Under the pieces are notes generated by a model that saw only the letters and a list, made by a program, of their open reading frames with translations, was not told where the DNA came from and searched no databases. A program made the position numbers and the translations under genes. Below, in pieces: positions 29,498 to 39,425 of a stretch of 64,000 bases of DNA. Positions within the stretch are counted from its first letter, which is position 1, and each line of letters begins with the position of its first letter. The stretch spans positions 1-64,000 of the forward strand of contig JAWOCD010000017.1 in assembly GCA_046483985.1 (NCBI GenBank), given 5' to 3'. This stretch comes from Promethearchaeia archaeon. GTDB lineage: Archaea; Asgardarchaeota; Lokiarchaeia; Sigyniarchaeales; SOKP01.

Positions 29498-29679
29498 TAG
29501 TATAAACTCCCTAAGAGAATAATTACAAGGATCTGAGAACGCTAATTATTTTATCTGGACAGTATCTTTTAATCAAATCTTTACTTTCTTTAAGAAATCC
29601 GTCAAATTTTACTAATATTTCAACTTTCTCTTCGTGAGAAGGCGTTGATAAATTAAAATATTATCTTTAAGGTTAAAAA

Positions 29680-30627
29680 TTAACTTTTCTGATTGGAATA
29701 GAGAAGTGTTAGGATATTGGCTAAAAGAATAAACCCTCCTCCAATTATCATATAAATGGAAAACATGTCCAAGAAAATAATGGTGTTGATAGTCGCCATT
29801 ACGGGTTCAAAATAAGAAAGTATAACAATGTTGCCCCCTTTATCATTGAGAATGCCAATGTTGAAAAAGATAAAAGCCAGCGCAGTGGGGAAGAGTCCCA
29901 AAAAAAGACAATACAATAAATCGAGACCCGTGAACTGAAAGAGATCGAAGAACCCAAAGGGAAAGAACATAATAACAATGGACAAGGTAGCAAACCATGC
30001 CAAAAAGATGTTAAAAGCTCCCTTCTCTTTGTTCTCTGGGGCTACTTCCTCACGCTTATTATAAATTTTTTTCTTGAAAAAATTCAGTAATCCTAAACTT
30101 ACGCCGGAAAGCATACCGTAGAAAAACCCCCAAAAATTCGTAATGCCATTCCAAATCTCCATAATAACTCCTACACCAATTATAGCCAAGATAAAACTGA
30201 TTATATTAATCTTTGTAATCTTTTCTTCCTTTGTAATTATTAAAAATAAGAGAAAAAACAATCCTCCCGTATACAAGAGGAAGGCTGCAATCGAATAGCC
30301 AGAAATGATTATATTGATAAAATAAAAAAGTATAACCAGTGGATTTATGATTGCGGTGAGAATAAGAAATTTCCAATGGGTCTTGAAAACGCTTTTCAAA
30401 AATTTGAGAGTGAATGACCGCTTCCACAGCATAAAAAGAGAAAGAAAAAGTGTTCCAAAGAATCCCCGGAAGAAGACAATTGAAAATGTACTATACCCCC
30501 CCAAAAACGTTACTAAGAGTCCTACGTTTCCCATTAGGATGCCTGAGAGGATCATACAAACTCGTGAGATCGTGGGAGAGATCTCCGGATCCTTTTTGTG
30601 GTTTTCCGTATTCATTTTCGGCTTCAA
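29680..30627 (-). CDS. DMT/EamA family transporter
   Basis: About 10 TM helices, VFFRG, LSYFEPV. Confidence 0.88.
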   Translation of the reverse strand: MKPKMNTENHKKDPEISPTISRVCMILSGILMGNVGLLVTFLGGYSTFSIVFFRGFFGTLFLSLFMLWKRSFTLKFLKSVFKTHWKFLILTAIINPLVILFYFINIIISGYSIAAFLLYTGGLFFLLFLIITKEEKITKINIISFILAIIGVGVIMEIWNGITNFWGFFYGMLSGVSLGLLNFFKKKIYNKREEVAPENKEKGAFNIFLAWFATLSIVIMFFPFGFFDLFQFTGLDLLYCLFLGLFPTALAFIFFNIGILNDKGGNIVILSYFEPVMATINTIIFLDMFSIYMIIGGGFILLANILTLLYSNQKS

Positions 30628-30645
30628 GAGGGAAATTAAAAGAAA

Positions 30646-32016
30646 TCACGCAACATAGTCATTAAACGAAGGGATCAATCCCTCTTTCATCAATAATTTT
30701 GCTTGTTGTTGCGAATTATTAATAATATTACTTGCTTGCTTATATAATTCATCTTCGCTTAATTTAATTCTGGCAATATTTTGCTCAATCGCCTTGAGCC
30801 CTACTGCGACCGCTTCGTTGATGAAAACTTCCTTATATTCCATTGTCGGAAGGATATGATCTTCATCCATAGAACCATCTACCTTTCCCACCAAATTGGA
30901 GAGTGCATTAGCTGCTGCAATACACATCTCATCTGTAATAGTTTCTGCTCGGACATCTAACGTACCCCGAAAAATACCGGGAAATCCGAGTGAATTATTC
31001 ACTTGATTCGAAAAATCTGATCTACCTGTCGCAACAATCCGCGCTCCGGCATCTTTTGCATCCCAAGGAAAAATTTCAGGAATCGGATTAGCACATGCAA
31101 ATACAATTGCATCGTCACTCATTTCTTTTATCCATTCCTTCTTTATAACTCCTGGACCAGGAATGCTCAATGAAATTAACACATCAGCTCCCTTCAAAGC
31201 AGTATCGACCTTTCCTCTTATTTGTTGGGGATTACTTTTGTGAGCGACTTCATACTTATAGTAATCCGGATCTTGTAAATCAGCACGTCCTTCATACAAG
31301 ATACCTTTCGAATCTACAAAGATCGCCTTATTGAGATCGAATCCCGCCTCGCCCAAGAGTCGCGAGATGGCAAAATTAGAAGCACCTATTCCATTAAACA
31401 CGATTTTTACCTCATCGCGTTTTTTACCCACTATCTTTAACGCGTTTATTAAGCCAGCCAGCGTCACGCACGCGGTTCCTTGCTGATCATCATGCCAAAC
31501 GGGGATTTTCACCTCAGGATCCGAACGGAGAGTATCAAGAATCTCAAAACATTTCGGCTTGCTGATATCTTCTAAATTTATCCCTCCAAAGGTGGGCTGG
31601 ACATTTTTCACAAATTTAATTATCTCTTTTGCAGATAAATCTTGCCCGATACATAAGGGAAATGCATCAACTCCTCCTAAATATTTGAACAAGAGTGCCT
31701 TTCCCTCCATCACGGGTAACCCCGCTTCTGGACCAATATCGCCTAAACCCAAGACCCGTGTTCCATCGGAAACAACTGCAACGTAATTCCATTTACTGGT
31801 ATAGTCGTAGACTTTTTCTGGATTCTTTTTAATTTCCTCACAAGGGGCCGCAACGCCCGGGGAGTAATATATACCAAAATCATCATAGCTTTTAATTTGA
31901 CATCTGGGCATCACTTGTACTTTCCCTCGATAAAACGGATGCATCTTTAGCGCATTTTTCGCGGGTTCTTTAGATTTTTCTAAAAGTTCTTCTTTAGTAA
32001 CCTTTTCCTCAACCAT
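30646..32016 (-). CDS. NAD(P)-dependent malic enzyme
   Basis: YSPGVA, SDGTRVLGLGDIG, PVMEGK, INLEDI, HDDQQGTA, ANPIPEI, ATGRSD, NQVNN. Confidence 0.95.
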   Translation of the reverse strand: MVEEKVTKEELLEKSKEPAKNALKMHPFYRGKVQVMPRCQIKSYDDFGIYYSPGVAAPCEEIKKNPEKVYDYTSKWNYVAVVSDGTRVLGLGDIGPEAGLPVMEGKALLFKYLGGVDAFPLCIGQDLSAKEIIKFVKNVQPTFGGINLEDISKPKCFEILDTLRSDPEVKIPVWHDDQQGTACVTLAGLINALKIVGKKRDEVKIVFNGIGASNFAISRLLGEAGFDLNKAIFVDSKGILYEGRADLQDPDYYKYEVAHKSNPQQIRGKVDTALKGADVLISLSIPGPGVIKKEWIKEMSDDAIVFACANPIPEIFPWDAKDAGARIVATGRSDFSNQVNNSLGFPGIFRGTLDVRAETITDEMCIAAANALSNLVGKVDGSMDEDHILPTMEYKEVFINEAVAVGLKAIEQNIARIKLSEDELYKQASNIINNSQQQAKLLMKEGLIPSFNDYVA

Positions 32017-32070
32017 ATTTAAAGAAATAAAAAATTAAATATGTATTTAAGGGTTACGGAAAATACAAAA

Positions 32071-32343
32071 TTAGCTATTCTTATTTTTTTCTTTGGAGTT
32101 GATTTCCTCAGTGGTTTCTTCGGAGAAATAGACAAAAACAAGGGAAATCCCAAATGCAACGATTAGGGTAAACGGATCAGCACCGATCATTGAGATTACA
32201 AAAATGGCAATACTTATTGTAATAAGAAGCGAGTAACCAATGATTTTCCATTTAGTTAGCTCCTCTTCTTCCGAGGGTTTCTCAATTTCGGCTTTCTTTT
32301 TGACTGGTTTTGAATTAATAGGTTCTGATCCATTCATTTTCAA
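32071..32343 (-). CDS. Small 2-TM membrane protein
   Basis: Two hydrophobic helices between charged termini. Confidence 0.65.
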   Translation of the reverse strand: MKMNGSEPINSKPVKKKAEIEKPSEEEELTKWKIIGYSLLITISIAIFVISMIGADPFTLIVAFGISLVFVYFSEETTEEINSKEKNKNS

Positions 32344-32473
32344 CTATAATAAAAAAGTATCTGGAACATTTATATTTTCATCGTTTTCAAGAAAGAAATT
32401 TTTAATATAAATAAAGGTTAATTAAAATTATATCATAATAAACATAAACTTAACAATAATCTTCCGAATTAAT

Positions 32474-32860
32474 ATGAATATTCATATTCTAAATATTGGC
32501 GAATGCGGCAAATGCAGCTCAATGTTGACTTCTTATTTAACTTCAAACCCTTATCCTTTTGATTTTACGGATGATCCAGAGAAATGTGATATCTTGCTCA
32601 TAGTGGGATGTATGTTAAAGGTTCAGCGTGATCCTTTAATGGAGTTTTGGAAACAGATGCCGAAAGAACACAAAATCGTAAAAATCGGAAATTGCTCCAC
32701 GGAAGAAAAAAGCATATTTAATCTTAATTGGGACTCCGGGCTTAAAAATAAGGCTATTGATAAAGATAATATCGCGGAACGTATTCCCATTGATAAATAT
32801 GTAAAAGGATGTCCTCCAGAAATAGAAGAATTCCAAAAATGCTTTAACGAACTTGTCTAA
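32474..32860 (+). CDS. NuoB/hydrogenase small-subunit-like Fe-S protein (orphan)
   Basis: CGKC, P..CDILLIVG, IGNC, GCPP. Confidence 0.75.
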   Translation: MNIHILNIGECGKCSSMLTSYLTSNPYPFDFTDDPEKCDILLIVGCMLKVQRDPLMEFWKQMPKEHKIVKIGNCSTEEKSIFNLNWDSGLKNKAIDKDNIAERIPIDKYVKGCPPEIEEFQKCFNELV

Positions 32861-32863
32861 TCA

Positions 32864-32903
32864 TAATCTGATCTAATCTAATTTGATCTAATTTAATCTA
32901 ATT
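32864..32903. repeat. Degenerate pentamer tandem repeat (TAATC/TGATC/TAATT x8)
   Basis: Eight consecutive units at the junction of two convergent genes. Confidence 0.6.
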
Positions 32904-34401
32904 TTGCGCCGCATTCTGGACAAACATAGACGGTTTTTATTGTGGCCCCGCAAATCTGACAGACCTTGATTTTATCCCTTTTTTTTGATTTTGGAGGGCT
33001 AAGTGATGTAATAGATCTCTTCGTGTCTTGTTTTTTCATTTTGATATTTTCTTGAGAAGATGTTCCTGGACTCCTTTTTTGTTGGGAATTGAAGATAACT
33101 TCTTGCCCGAGAAAGCCTCCTAGTTTTACCTTTCCTTGCACTCGAGATGATGGAGGAATGTCAGGGGGAGTCAAAGGATTTTTTAACGTACGTTCTTCTG
33201 ACCTTACCAAACACTCAGAATTGCTCTCTCTTTTCATTGCAGTTTCATCCTTATGACTTTCGGGTATATGCTCGTATTTATTTTGTTCTATTTCCGGTTT
33301 TACTTCTGTTTCTTTAACGGGATCATCAATTCCGTCTCCAAGATTTCTAAGCTCACTTGAATTATTCTTTTCGAGGTGGTCTGTGGGTGTTACTGACCCT
33401 TCCATGGATAAATCGGACGATTCCTCCCTCTTTTGATATAGTTCTTGATACTCTTCTTCTGAGTAAGATTCTTCCATTTCTTCTTTAAAAGCTTTTACAA
33501 ATTCTTTATCCAACTTGAGCAATGTGCCACATTGTGGACATCGGAAGATATGGTTAAAGCCGATATTATGAGTGAGAGAATGTTGGGCTGCGCAGCAACC
33601 GTGAAACTTCGCACCACAATTATAACATTTGTGAGTCTCATCTGAATTAGCAGTACAAATTGGGCAGAGTTCTGATTGGCATAAGCTACAACTTTTTTCT
33701 TCGTTGGGTTCTAAAGATAGTAATTCGGCAGCCATTTTCTCATAAAATATTTTATCCTTTTCCAAGATATTTTCCTCTTCGGGTTGGATTTTATTAAACT
33801 CTTGTTTGTTTTTGATTAGGGATAAAAAAATATTTTCAAACTGTTTTTCTGTCTGACAGTAAAAAATGCCCCCTTGAGTTTCAGAGCTGATGATTTTTAA
33901 TTTAATGTCATCTTCGTAAAATCTTTGATTTCCAATCCTTAGTATGTCAACGTAGGTGTGAAATTGTTTGGATTTTGAAATTAACTCATAGACTGCTCTA
34001 TGATAATCCTCCGAACGTTTACTAGGAGAATCTGTAAGAATAATTATCCGAAAAACTTTTGATTCCCTTTTGCTTTTCCGAAATATATATGAGAGTATTT
34101 CAAAAAGACCGTTTTCAAATCTACTCTGCTCTTGTTCTCTTTCTTTCCAAGCCTTTTTTATTGTATCTAACAACTCTTTAATCTCGGTTGTATCGTAAAT
34201 GGTGATCGGATTATCGTTTTCTAAAAATAAGACGCACCCATAAGATGCGTTCGATGAATAATATTTATGCTTCTCATGCATAAAATTACGGAGCATCGAA
34301 AGTAGGTTTTTTCTTTTGATATGATCTTCTAATAGGTCAAGATAAAAAATTACTTCCTCAACGGCTGGCTTTTCTATGGGGTTCATTACCTTTTCAAACA
34401 T
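32893..34401 (-). CDS. vWA domain + C4HC3 (PHD/RING-like) zinc finger + C-terminal zinc ribbon protein (paralogue A)
   Basis: vWA elements VIFYLD, FENGL, RIIILTD, VDILRI, ETQGGIF; CSLC-CPIC-CYNC-FHGCC-FRCPQC; terminal CQIC..CPEC. Confidence 0.75.
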   Translation of the reverse strand: MFEKVMNPIEKPAVEEVIFYLDLLEDHIKRKNLLSMLRNFMHEKHKYYSSNASYGCVLFLENDNPITIYDTTEIKELLDTIKKAWKEREQEQSRFENGLFEILSYIFRKSKRESKVFRIIILTDSPSKRSEDYHRAVYELISKSKQFHTYVDILRIGNQRFYEDDIKLKIISSETQGGIFYCQTEKQFENIFLSLIKNKQEFNKIQPEEENILEKDKIFYEKMAAELLSLEPNEEKSCSLCQSELCPICTANSDETHKCYNCGAKFHGCCAAQHSLTHNIGFNHIFRCPQCGTLLKLDKEFVKAFKEEMEESYSEEEYQELYQKREESSDLSMEGSVTPTDHLEKNNSSELRNLGDGIDDPVKETEVKPEIEQNKYEHIPESHKDETAMKRESNSECLVRSEERTLKNPLTPPDIPPSSRVQGKVKLGGFLGQEVIFNSQQKRSPGTSSQENIKMKKQDTKRSITSLSPPKSKKRDKIKVCQICGATIKTVYVCPECGAKLD

Positions 34402-34516
34402 CCTTGCGGCAGAATCTTCAAAAAATTAAATCTTATAAAAATTATTTAAACTTCTCTATTAACAATACAAAAAGTCTTATTTAATTTTATTGATCTCAAG
34501 GGACTCTTGGGATCAG

Positions 34517-35911
34517 TTAAAAATTAGATAGGTCGCTATCACAGTTAGGGCAAGACCTCTCATCTCCTCTCAAGTGCGACCCGCATATTGGACAAATCTT
34601 TAACTTCGATTTAGAGTGATTAAATTCTTCATTATAACCGTCTTGTGTTGGGGTCCAAACTGACGATTTTCTATCACCTTGGGGGGACTCTCTCTCTTGT
34701 CTTTTTGTCCCTCCACTTTTGGTATCCCTCGTTCTTTTCTCTTGATATATAATTTTACCATTCTTTTTCCTAACTGTATATACACTTCCAAAAAACCCAC
34801 CCACTCTTATCTTCTTGACATTTTCCCCTCTCTCTTGAGGCTCGTTTCGTTTGATATTGGGAACAGTCCTCTTGCTTGGTTCTACTTTATTGGAGGTTCT
34901 TGGTTTTTCGAATTTATGGTTTTTCAAATCTGTGTCGACTTTGACCTCTTCTTTTGCTTGAGATTTAGGCTGGTTTAGTCCCATGACATCCTTAACAGTT
35001 TCGAGTTCAGTATCCATATCCTTTATCCTTTTAACTTCTCTTTCTTCTATTTGAAGTAAAATATGGCATTCCGGACAGCGGAAGATGTTTGGGATTCCAA
35101 TATTATTATCCATAACGTAGTTAGTTAGGCAACAATGATGAAATGCAGAACCACATTCTTCACATACTGAATGCACATCATTTATATCGACACATATCGG
35201 ACAAATAAGTTCTTCACAAAAGTAACAGGAGAGATTTTCCGTATTTTCAGGTTCCTCCAGAGTTTTTGCTAATTTTCGATAAAAATTATAATCGTCTTCA
35301 TCGATATGAATTTCGTTTCCTTTATCTTGAAATCGACGCACTAATTGCTTATTTTTTACTAATTTCTTAATAACATCTCGAAACTCATCTTTATCATGTA
35401 CATAGAAGATTTCGCCGTTTGTTTCGTCTACCAATACATTAAGTTTAACGTCATCCTTGAAAAACCGCTTTCCTTCTTCCTCTACTCTGATAATATCAAT
35501 AAACGTGGGAAAGATTTTAATTTTTGAAATCAAATTGAATAATGCGTCTTGATATTCTTCAGATAAATCACTGGGAGTGTCTGTAATTACAATAATTCTA
35601 TAAAATTTTGGTTTTTTCCGTACAGTCTCTGAAATGTAACTGAAGATATAAAACAAGCCGTTTTCGAAATGACTTTTTTTCTTAGGACGATTTTTCCAGT
35701 TTTCTTTAATAGCGTCTATAATAACCTCTGAATCCTTTTTATCCGTAATAAAAACCGGGTTTCCCTCCTCTTGAAAGAGTAAAGCTCCGTATCTTCCTTT
35801 CTGATTAACCTTTCGTTTATTTTCGATGTAAAACTTAATAGCTTTGGTAATATATCTTCTTTTCAAGAGCTTTTTTGATATATCAATATAAAAAAAAATA
35901 TCTTCTCCCAT
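34517..35911 (-). CDS. vWA domain + C4HC3 (PHD/RING-like) zinc finger + C-terminal zinc ribbon protein (paralogue B)
   Basis: IFFYID, FENGL, RIIVITD, IDIIRV, ETNGEIF; CYFC-CPIC-CEEC-FHHCC-FRCPEC; terminal CPIC..CPNC. Confidence 0.75.
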   Translation of the reverse strand: MGEDIFFYIDISKKLLKRRYITKAIKFYIENKRKVNQKGRYGALLFQEEGNPVFITDKKDSEVIIDAIKENWKNRPKKKSHFENGLFYIFSYISETVRKKPKFYRIIVITDTPSDLSEEYQDALFNLISKIKIFPTFIDIIRVEEEGKRFFKDDVKLNVLVDETNGEIFYVHDKDEFRDVIKKLVKNKQLVRRFQDKGNEIHIDEDDYNFYRKLAKTLEEPENTENLSCYFCEELICPICVDINDVHSVCEECGSAFHHCCLTNYVMDNNIGIPNIFRCPECHILLQIEEREVKRIKDMDTELETVKDVMGLNQPKSQAKEEVKVDTDLKNHKFEKPRTSNKVEPSKRTVPNIKRNEPQERGENVKKIRVGGFFGSVYTVRKKNGKIIYQEKRTRDTKSGGTKRQERESPQGDRKSSVWTPTQDGYNEEFNHSKSKLKICPICGSHLRGDERSCPNCDSDLSNF

Positions 35912-36075
35912 GATTCATAAGTTCCAAAATTTAATATTATTAAATTGGTAAAATTGTTCCAATTTATAAAAATTTATCAAGATCCTAGAAGACATAAGCA
36001 ATTATTTTATTAAAAAATTGACTAAATTATTTTAGAGATCATGGCAAAATTCTTATTAAGAAAATAAAATTTATT

Positions 36076-38202
36076 GTGAATAATTTATACAAGAACGAGA
36101 AGAAGATGAAAAAGTTTTTAAACCAATTAGGACTCTCTGATGGGGCAATCAACTTGTATTTAAAAAGCTTAATCAATTCCCCATTAACATTTTATGAGAT
36201 AAAATCCATTATGCCAGATTCCTTGTCCCAAAAGGAGCTTAAGGAGACTTTAGCTGAACTTGAAGATCATAATCTCATAATAATTGTCAGACCTGATTCT
36301 TCTGAGACCTTATCGTTTTATTATTCAATTCCCCCAATTTCTCCTATCCTTAATTATTATTCAAATATAAATGAGAATTTACCAAATATTAATGAAAAAA
36401 TTAGAGAACTATTAAGCCAATCTTTGGAGAACATTTTTGAAAATGAAAATCCGGTGAAATTGGATTCCCTTTTGGAGGATTTTAATTACGTGTATAAAGA
36501 TCTTGATGAACAATATCTTATTCAAAAGCATGATGTAGATGATTTAATCAAAGACATCAAAGAAATAAAAAATCTAATGGAGACTATTCCGGAAATTTCA
36601 GAAATTTTTAGAAATGTTCATGAACGAATCCGAAGTATCTCCCAAATTCAATTTGCAAAGTTAATTAAGATATTGAAGAATATCAGGAAAAAAATCACAA
36701 AGCAAGTGAAAGAACTTGAAATGAGAAAGCACGAGGAGGAAATCATCGAGATTGTCGAGAATGTGTTTAAGGAAAATCTCCAAGAAATGGTTGACGATTT
36801 TACGAATGAACTCTTTGATTTGATCGATGAAGAATTTGATAAGGTCCAAGGACCCATCGATGAAAAGGTAAAAGGACCCTTAGAAGGATTTTTAAACAAA
36901 TCATTTAGCCAGTTAGACGAACTAAAGACATTATATTATAATACAATTGATCAATTTAAAGAAGAACTTGAAAAAATTAAAGAAATCATAGTTACCAATA
37001 AAGAAAATCTCGATGAGAATCTTGACCAATTAAAGCAAAACATTTCTGAAGGATTTAATGATGTGGTGTTGGAATCCTTAACTAACGTGTCACAGTTAAG
37101 TAAGCCGATTCAAACCGTGTTGGAGACCTATTATGAATCAATGCTCACTCCTGAGGCATTTTCCATCGAGAATTTCTGGGAGGTAAAGTCTATCACCCGT
37201 ATTAATGAAGAGATTTTTCAAATAGTCAACAATTCCAAGGATCAAGTAATGCTCATCCTTCCAAAATTAGAGCATCATATAAATTTAGATATGTTTGAAA
37301 AGGTTGATACAAGCATTAACTTTAAAATTGCGGCGGCGAACCCCCACACCAACAGCAAAGTAAAGAAATATAAGGAAAAATCAAATATCACTTATCGGCA
37401 ATTATCAAACAAGAGAATAATAGCTGTTCAGGGGGACGATAATCACATTCTTATTGCCGTGAAAAAGCCAGATACTGAAGATATCTTAGATAATTGTTTA
37501 GGGTTTAGTACAAATTATAAACCTTTGATAAAAGTCCTTACGTCTTCGATTAAGCCGATTTGGAAGGCTGCAAAATCCGAAAAGGTTTCAAGAACGAAAG
37601 TAGAAGCTGGGTCTTCTTCTAAATTTCAAAGAGAACGCCCCCAACTCACACCAGTTGGTAGAGAAACTAAAACACAGAATCAAACCAAACAGCCAGTTAA
37701 ACAGACTTCTACGGCCCAAGGACAAACGACTCAAAAGACTCAAACTAGCTCGCAACCATCAGAAGCCCCCAAGAATCAAAAAGGGGAGAAATCCGCTTTC
37801 AACCACGACCCAACAGCTACAACTTCCCAAAAACCCGAAACCACTTCACAGCAATCTACACAAAAGCCAGCCGAAGAGGCTCAGCCAACCCAAAATGCCC
37901 AATCAACTGGTCAGTTCAAGTCGCAGGTTCACCCCGATCCCTCCGATCCAGTCGCTGTTGCCATTGATAATGCATTTAATAAATTATTACAGAATCTTAA
38001 TTCTATGAATGGCATTCAATTCAGCCAACTTTTAGAGCAAGCCGCTGATGTAATTCTGGAACAAAAGGGATTTTCCGTAACTTTACATAACATTAGGAAG
38101 TGGATAAATTCCTATAAAAATAAAAAAGAACCCTTGAGCGGGGATGATAAATCACAAATCTTTTCTGCCATTGAAACATGGAAGAAGCGGATATTTGAAT
38201 AA
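36076..38202 (+). CDS. TrmB-like wHTH + long helical/coiled-coil region + PLD-like domain + Q/T/P linker + helical tail
   Basis: LGLS....LYL.SL....LT..EI....L.EL....LI...YYSIPP N-terminus; SKDQVMLILP and IIAVQGD PLD-like region; start may be ATG 36106. Confidence 0.65.
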   Translation: MNNLYKNEKKMKKFLNQLGLSDGAINLYLKSLINSPLTFYEIKSIMPDSLSQKELKETLAELEDHNLIIIVRPDSSETLSFYYSIPPISPILNYYSNINENLPNINEKIRELLSQSLENIFENENPVKLDSLLEDFNYVYKDLDEQYLIQKHDVDDLIKDIKEIKNLMETIPEISEIFRNVHERIRSISQIQFAKLIKILKNIRKKITKQVKELEMRKHEEEIIEIVENVFKENLQEMVDDFTNELFDLIDEEFDKVQGPIDEKVKGPLEGFLNKSFSQLDELKTLYYNTIDQFKEELEKIKEIIVTNKENLDENLDQLKQNISEGFNDVVLESLTNVSQLSKPIQTVLETYYESMLTPEAFSIENFWEVKSITRINEEIFQIVNNSKDQVMLILPKLEHHINLDMFEKVDTSINFKIAAANPHTNSKVKKYKEKSNITYRQLSNKRIIAVQGDDNHILIAVKKPDTEDILDNCLGFSTNYKPLIKVLTSSIKPIWKAAKSEKVSRTKVEAGSSSKFQRERPQLTPVGRETKTQNQTKQPVKQTSTAQGQTTQKTQTSSQPSEAPKNQKGEKSAFNHDPTATTSQKPETTSQQSTQKPAEEAQPTQNAQSTGQFKSQVHPDPSDPVAVAIDNAFNKLLQNLNSMNGIQFSQLLEQAADVILEQKGFSVTLHNIRKWINSYKNKKEPLSGDDKSQIFSAIETWKKRIFE

Positions 38203-38259
38203 CTGCTTCAAAAAACGTGAGAAAAGAGAATAAAAATACTTTTTTATTATTATTTTAAA

Positions 38260-39063
38260 TTAATGAGCGGAGGTTGCACTTGTGTTTTTTTCTGTTTCTT
38301 CGGGTACATCTATAAAAAACCCCCTGATGAGATATAACAGCTCGATTGTCAACATTACAAAGAAAAAAATACTGGCGAACATGGAAAGACCAAATCCCGG
38401 TTCCGTTATTCCGATAATTCCGAATATGGGAACCGCGGGGGCAAAGCAGATAAAAAGCATATACACGAATTTATCTTTTTCTTTGAAATGAATATGAGTC
38501 GTTATATTGAACCATCCAACCACAATCATTAAAAAGGATATTATGAGACTTGAAAAAAAGGGAAATGGTTCGGTCATTCCCGCTTGCCCTGGTCCACCTA
38601 ACGCATACGCCCAAAAGAAATTACCGAAGAAAAAGCAAATAAGCATTAATCCGGTAAGAGGTGTAGGGACTCCTTCATATCCCGGTTCCTCCGAGATATT
38701 AAATCGAGCTAATCTGAGTACTGCTCCTAATGAGAAGCAGACACAACCGATAATTAATATAATGTTCAGTTCAAAAATATTAGTTTTAAACGCTTGATAT
38801 GTTAATACCGCGGGGGCAATTCCAAATGTTAATGAGTCATTAAGACTATCCAGCTGAATACCGAGTTCATTTACCGTGTTTGTCTTCCGTGCAATATATC
38901 CATCCATTAAATCCGTTGCCACCGTCAGTGTGAGGAAAAAAAAACCGATACACAGAGATGCTCGATCTCCGATGGTAGCACAGATTAATGCAAGTATGCC
39001 TAGCGTTGTACCTGTTATGGTGACATAATCCTTCAATTTCATGAGTTTGGGCATGGAAGTCAT
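38260..39063 (-). CDS. pssA: CDP-alcohol phosphatidyltransferase, PssA/archaetidylserine synthase type
   Basis: DLMDGYIAR......LGIQLDSLND..TFGIAPA, LRLARFN, GVPTP. Confidence 0.85.
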   Translation of the reverse strand: MTSMPKLMKLKDYVTITGTTLGILALICATIGDRASLCIGFFFLTLTVATDLMDGYIARKTNTVNELGIQLDSLNDSLTFGIAPAVLTYQAFKTNIFELNIILIIGCVCFSLGAVLRLARFNISEEPGYEGVPTPLTGLMLICFFFGNFFWAYALGGPGQAGMTEPFPFFSSLIISFLMIVVGWFNITTHIHFKEKDKFVYMLFICFAPAVPIFGIIGITEPGFGLSMFASIFFFVMLTIELLYLIRGFFIDVPEETEKNTSATSAH

Positions 39064-39425
39064 ATAATCAAAATCATCAACTTTTTATTTCTATAATAAA
39101 TATTACCTTTTCTAATTAAAAATCTTTTTCTTAAGGGGTTTTGTTTCGCATTATTTAGAATTGATTAATTTTCGTGAAATGCCCTTTTTTATATATTATC
39201 AAGAAGTTATATTCGTATTTATCTCATTTTGTCTCGGAATTATCACACCCGCAAAAAAAAACCAAAACGCTCTAAAGATAATTCAAGGGCTCCTAAAAAA
39301 CCATAGTCCCTCCTCGAACGGGAACTTCGAAACGATTTAGCGGCAGTTGGGTAACAGAGAATGAGAACGTAAAAATTTAAAAATAAAATACGCAAAAGTT
39401 AAGTTAATATAAAAAAAATAATTAT

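Noticed and set aside
29520-29660. Coding-like minus-strand fragment (…HEEKVEILVKFDGFLKESKDLIKRYC…)
   Set aside because: No start codon or recognisable family; at most a gene remnant.
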